A stretch of DNA of 59,654 bases, from IMG/VR virus record IMGVR_UViG_3300048913_000137, positions 1-59,654 of that record. One strand, written 5' to 3'. The position numbers were made by a program, and so were the translations under genes. The DNA comes from a virus. Below the pieces are notes generated by a model. The model was given only the letters and a program-made list of their open reading frames with translations, searched no databases and was not told where the DNA came from. Below are positions 59,341 to 59,654 of this stretch, piece after piece (positions within the stretch are counted from its first letter, which is position 1; each line of letters opens with the position of its first letter).

Positions 59341-59654
59341 TGCTACCCGACTCCGTCTTATCCTGTTGCTGTCGAGCGACGAATGTAACGTCGGCACTCG
59401 CCCTAAATGCTGAATAAATATCAGCTAGAACAAGTCCCGTATAGACCACTAATCCGGTATTAGGCACGCCGGAATTTGCCATGCCAAGGACAACTTGCGT
59501 CCAAACGAATGCGCTGAAGAAGCTGGCGACAAGCCTGACCATCGGCGTTCGGGTGTGCTTGCCGTTGACGTAGAGCGCGGCCAGGCGGGCGAAGCCGGTG
59601 GCGAAGCCGACGATCCCCCAAATCTCTTGCGGCGCTATCGCCAGCAGGCCGGAC
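59312..59654 (-). CDS. C-terminal part of the wrap-around ~162-aa membrane protein (N-terminus at 273..1)
   Basis: The frame of ORF 59312..59542 stays open to the window end and joins the frame starting at 273. Confidence 0.6.
   Translation of the reverse strand, partial: SGLLAIAPQEIWGIVGFATGFARLAALYVNGKHTRTPMVRLVASFFSAFVWTQVVLGMANSGVPNTGLVVYTGLVLADIYSAFRASADVTFVARQQQDKTESGSNVTSIGKRA
59528..59654. repeat. Second copy of the 127-bp terminal direct repeat
   Basis: Identical to 1..127 by direct comparison. Confidence 0.95.

Noticed and set aside
1-59654. Lysogeny module (integrase, CI-type repressor, attP), tRNA or rRNA genes
   Set aside because: No ORF showed integrase or recombinase motifs, and no tRNA-like cloverleaf signatures were seen in the non-coding stretches. 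Absence is by eye only and should be confirmed with tRNAscan and HMM searches.

Overview
The window is a complete, circularly permuted genome of a GC-rich tailed phage. Bases 1-127 are identical to 59528-59654, so the unique length is 59,527 bp. All calls rest on reading the sequence and the ORF track by eye; no homology search was run.

Layout:
- Minus strand, 0.3-23.9 kb: late structural and packaging module. Lambda-like head genes (small terminase, gpA-like large terminase, gpW, portal, S49 protease/scaffold, gpD-like decoration, gpE-like capsid); siphovirus tail genes (major tail, G/G-T chaperone with a GGGAAAC -1 slip site, 1399-aa tape measure, gpL/gpJ-like tip, DUF2793, SPRY/discoidin fibre).
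- Minus strand, 23.9-35.2 kb: replication and DNA-modification module. SNF2 helicase, VRR-NUC, C5-type and N6-type methyltransferases, family A DNA polymerase, DUF2815 SSB-like protein, DUF2800 Cas4-like nuclease, and a Spo11/Topo VI-A-like protein.
- Plus strand, 35.3-38.1 kb: Cro-like HTH and a prim-pol/D5-type primase-helicase.
- 38.1-40.5 kb: small genes.
- 40.6-41.5 kb: about 0.9 kb of non-coding DNA with 11 iterons.
- Minus strand, 41.5-46.1 kb: compositionally odd, CTAG-rich island of unknown genes.
- Plus strand, 46.6-56.9 kb: operon with a DUF3310 fusion, ThyX-like, MazG-like, an HxD...H oxygenase-like protein, a GapR/DUF2312 homologue and a ParB-H1-like protein.
- Minus strand, 57.0-59.6 kb: lysis cassette (o-spanin, i-spanin, NlpC/P60-type endolysin, membrane proteins).

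I found no tRNA, rRNA, CRISPR array, integrase or reverse transcriptase. The DUF2312, DUF2793 and BR0599-type genes suggest an alphaproteobacterial host.

The most striking signal is an 11-bp palindrome, GAAGT-N-ACTTC. It occurs 26 times exactly, plus 7 one-mismatch variants, about once per 1.8 kb around the whole genome. It lies in intergenic DNA and in all three codon phases of genes on both strands, so the selection appears to act on the DNA itself. Candidate partners encoded in the same genome are the Spo11-like protein, the two methyltransferases, and the ParB-like and HTH proteins.
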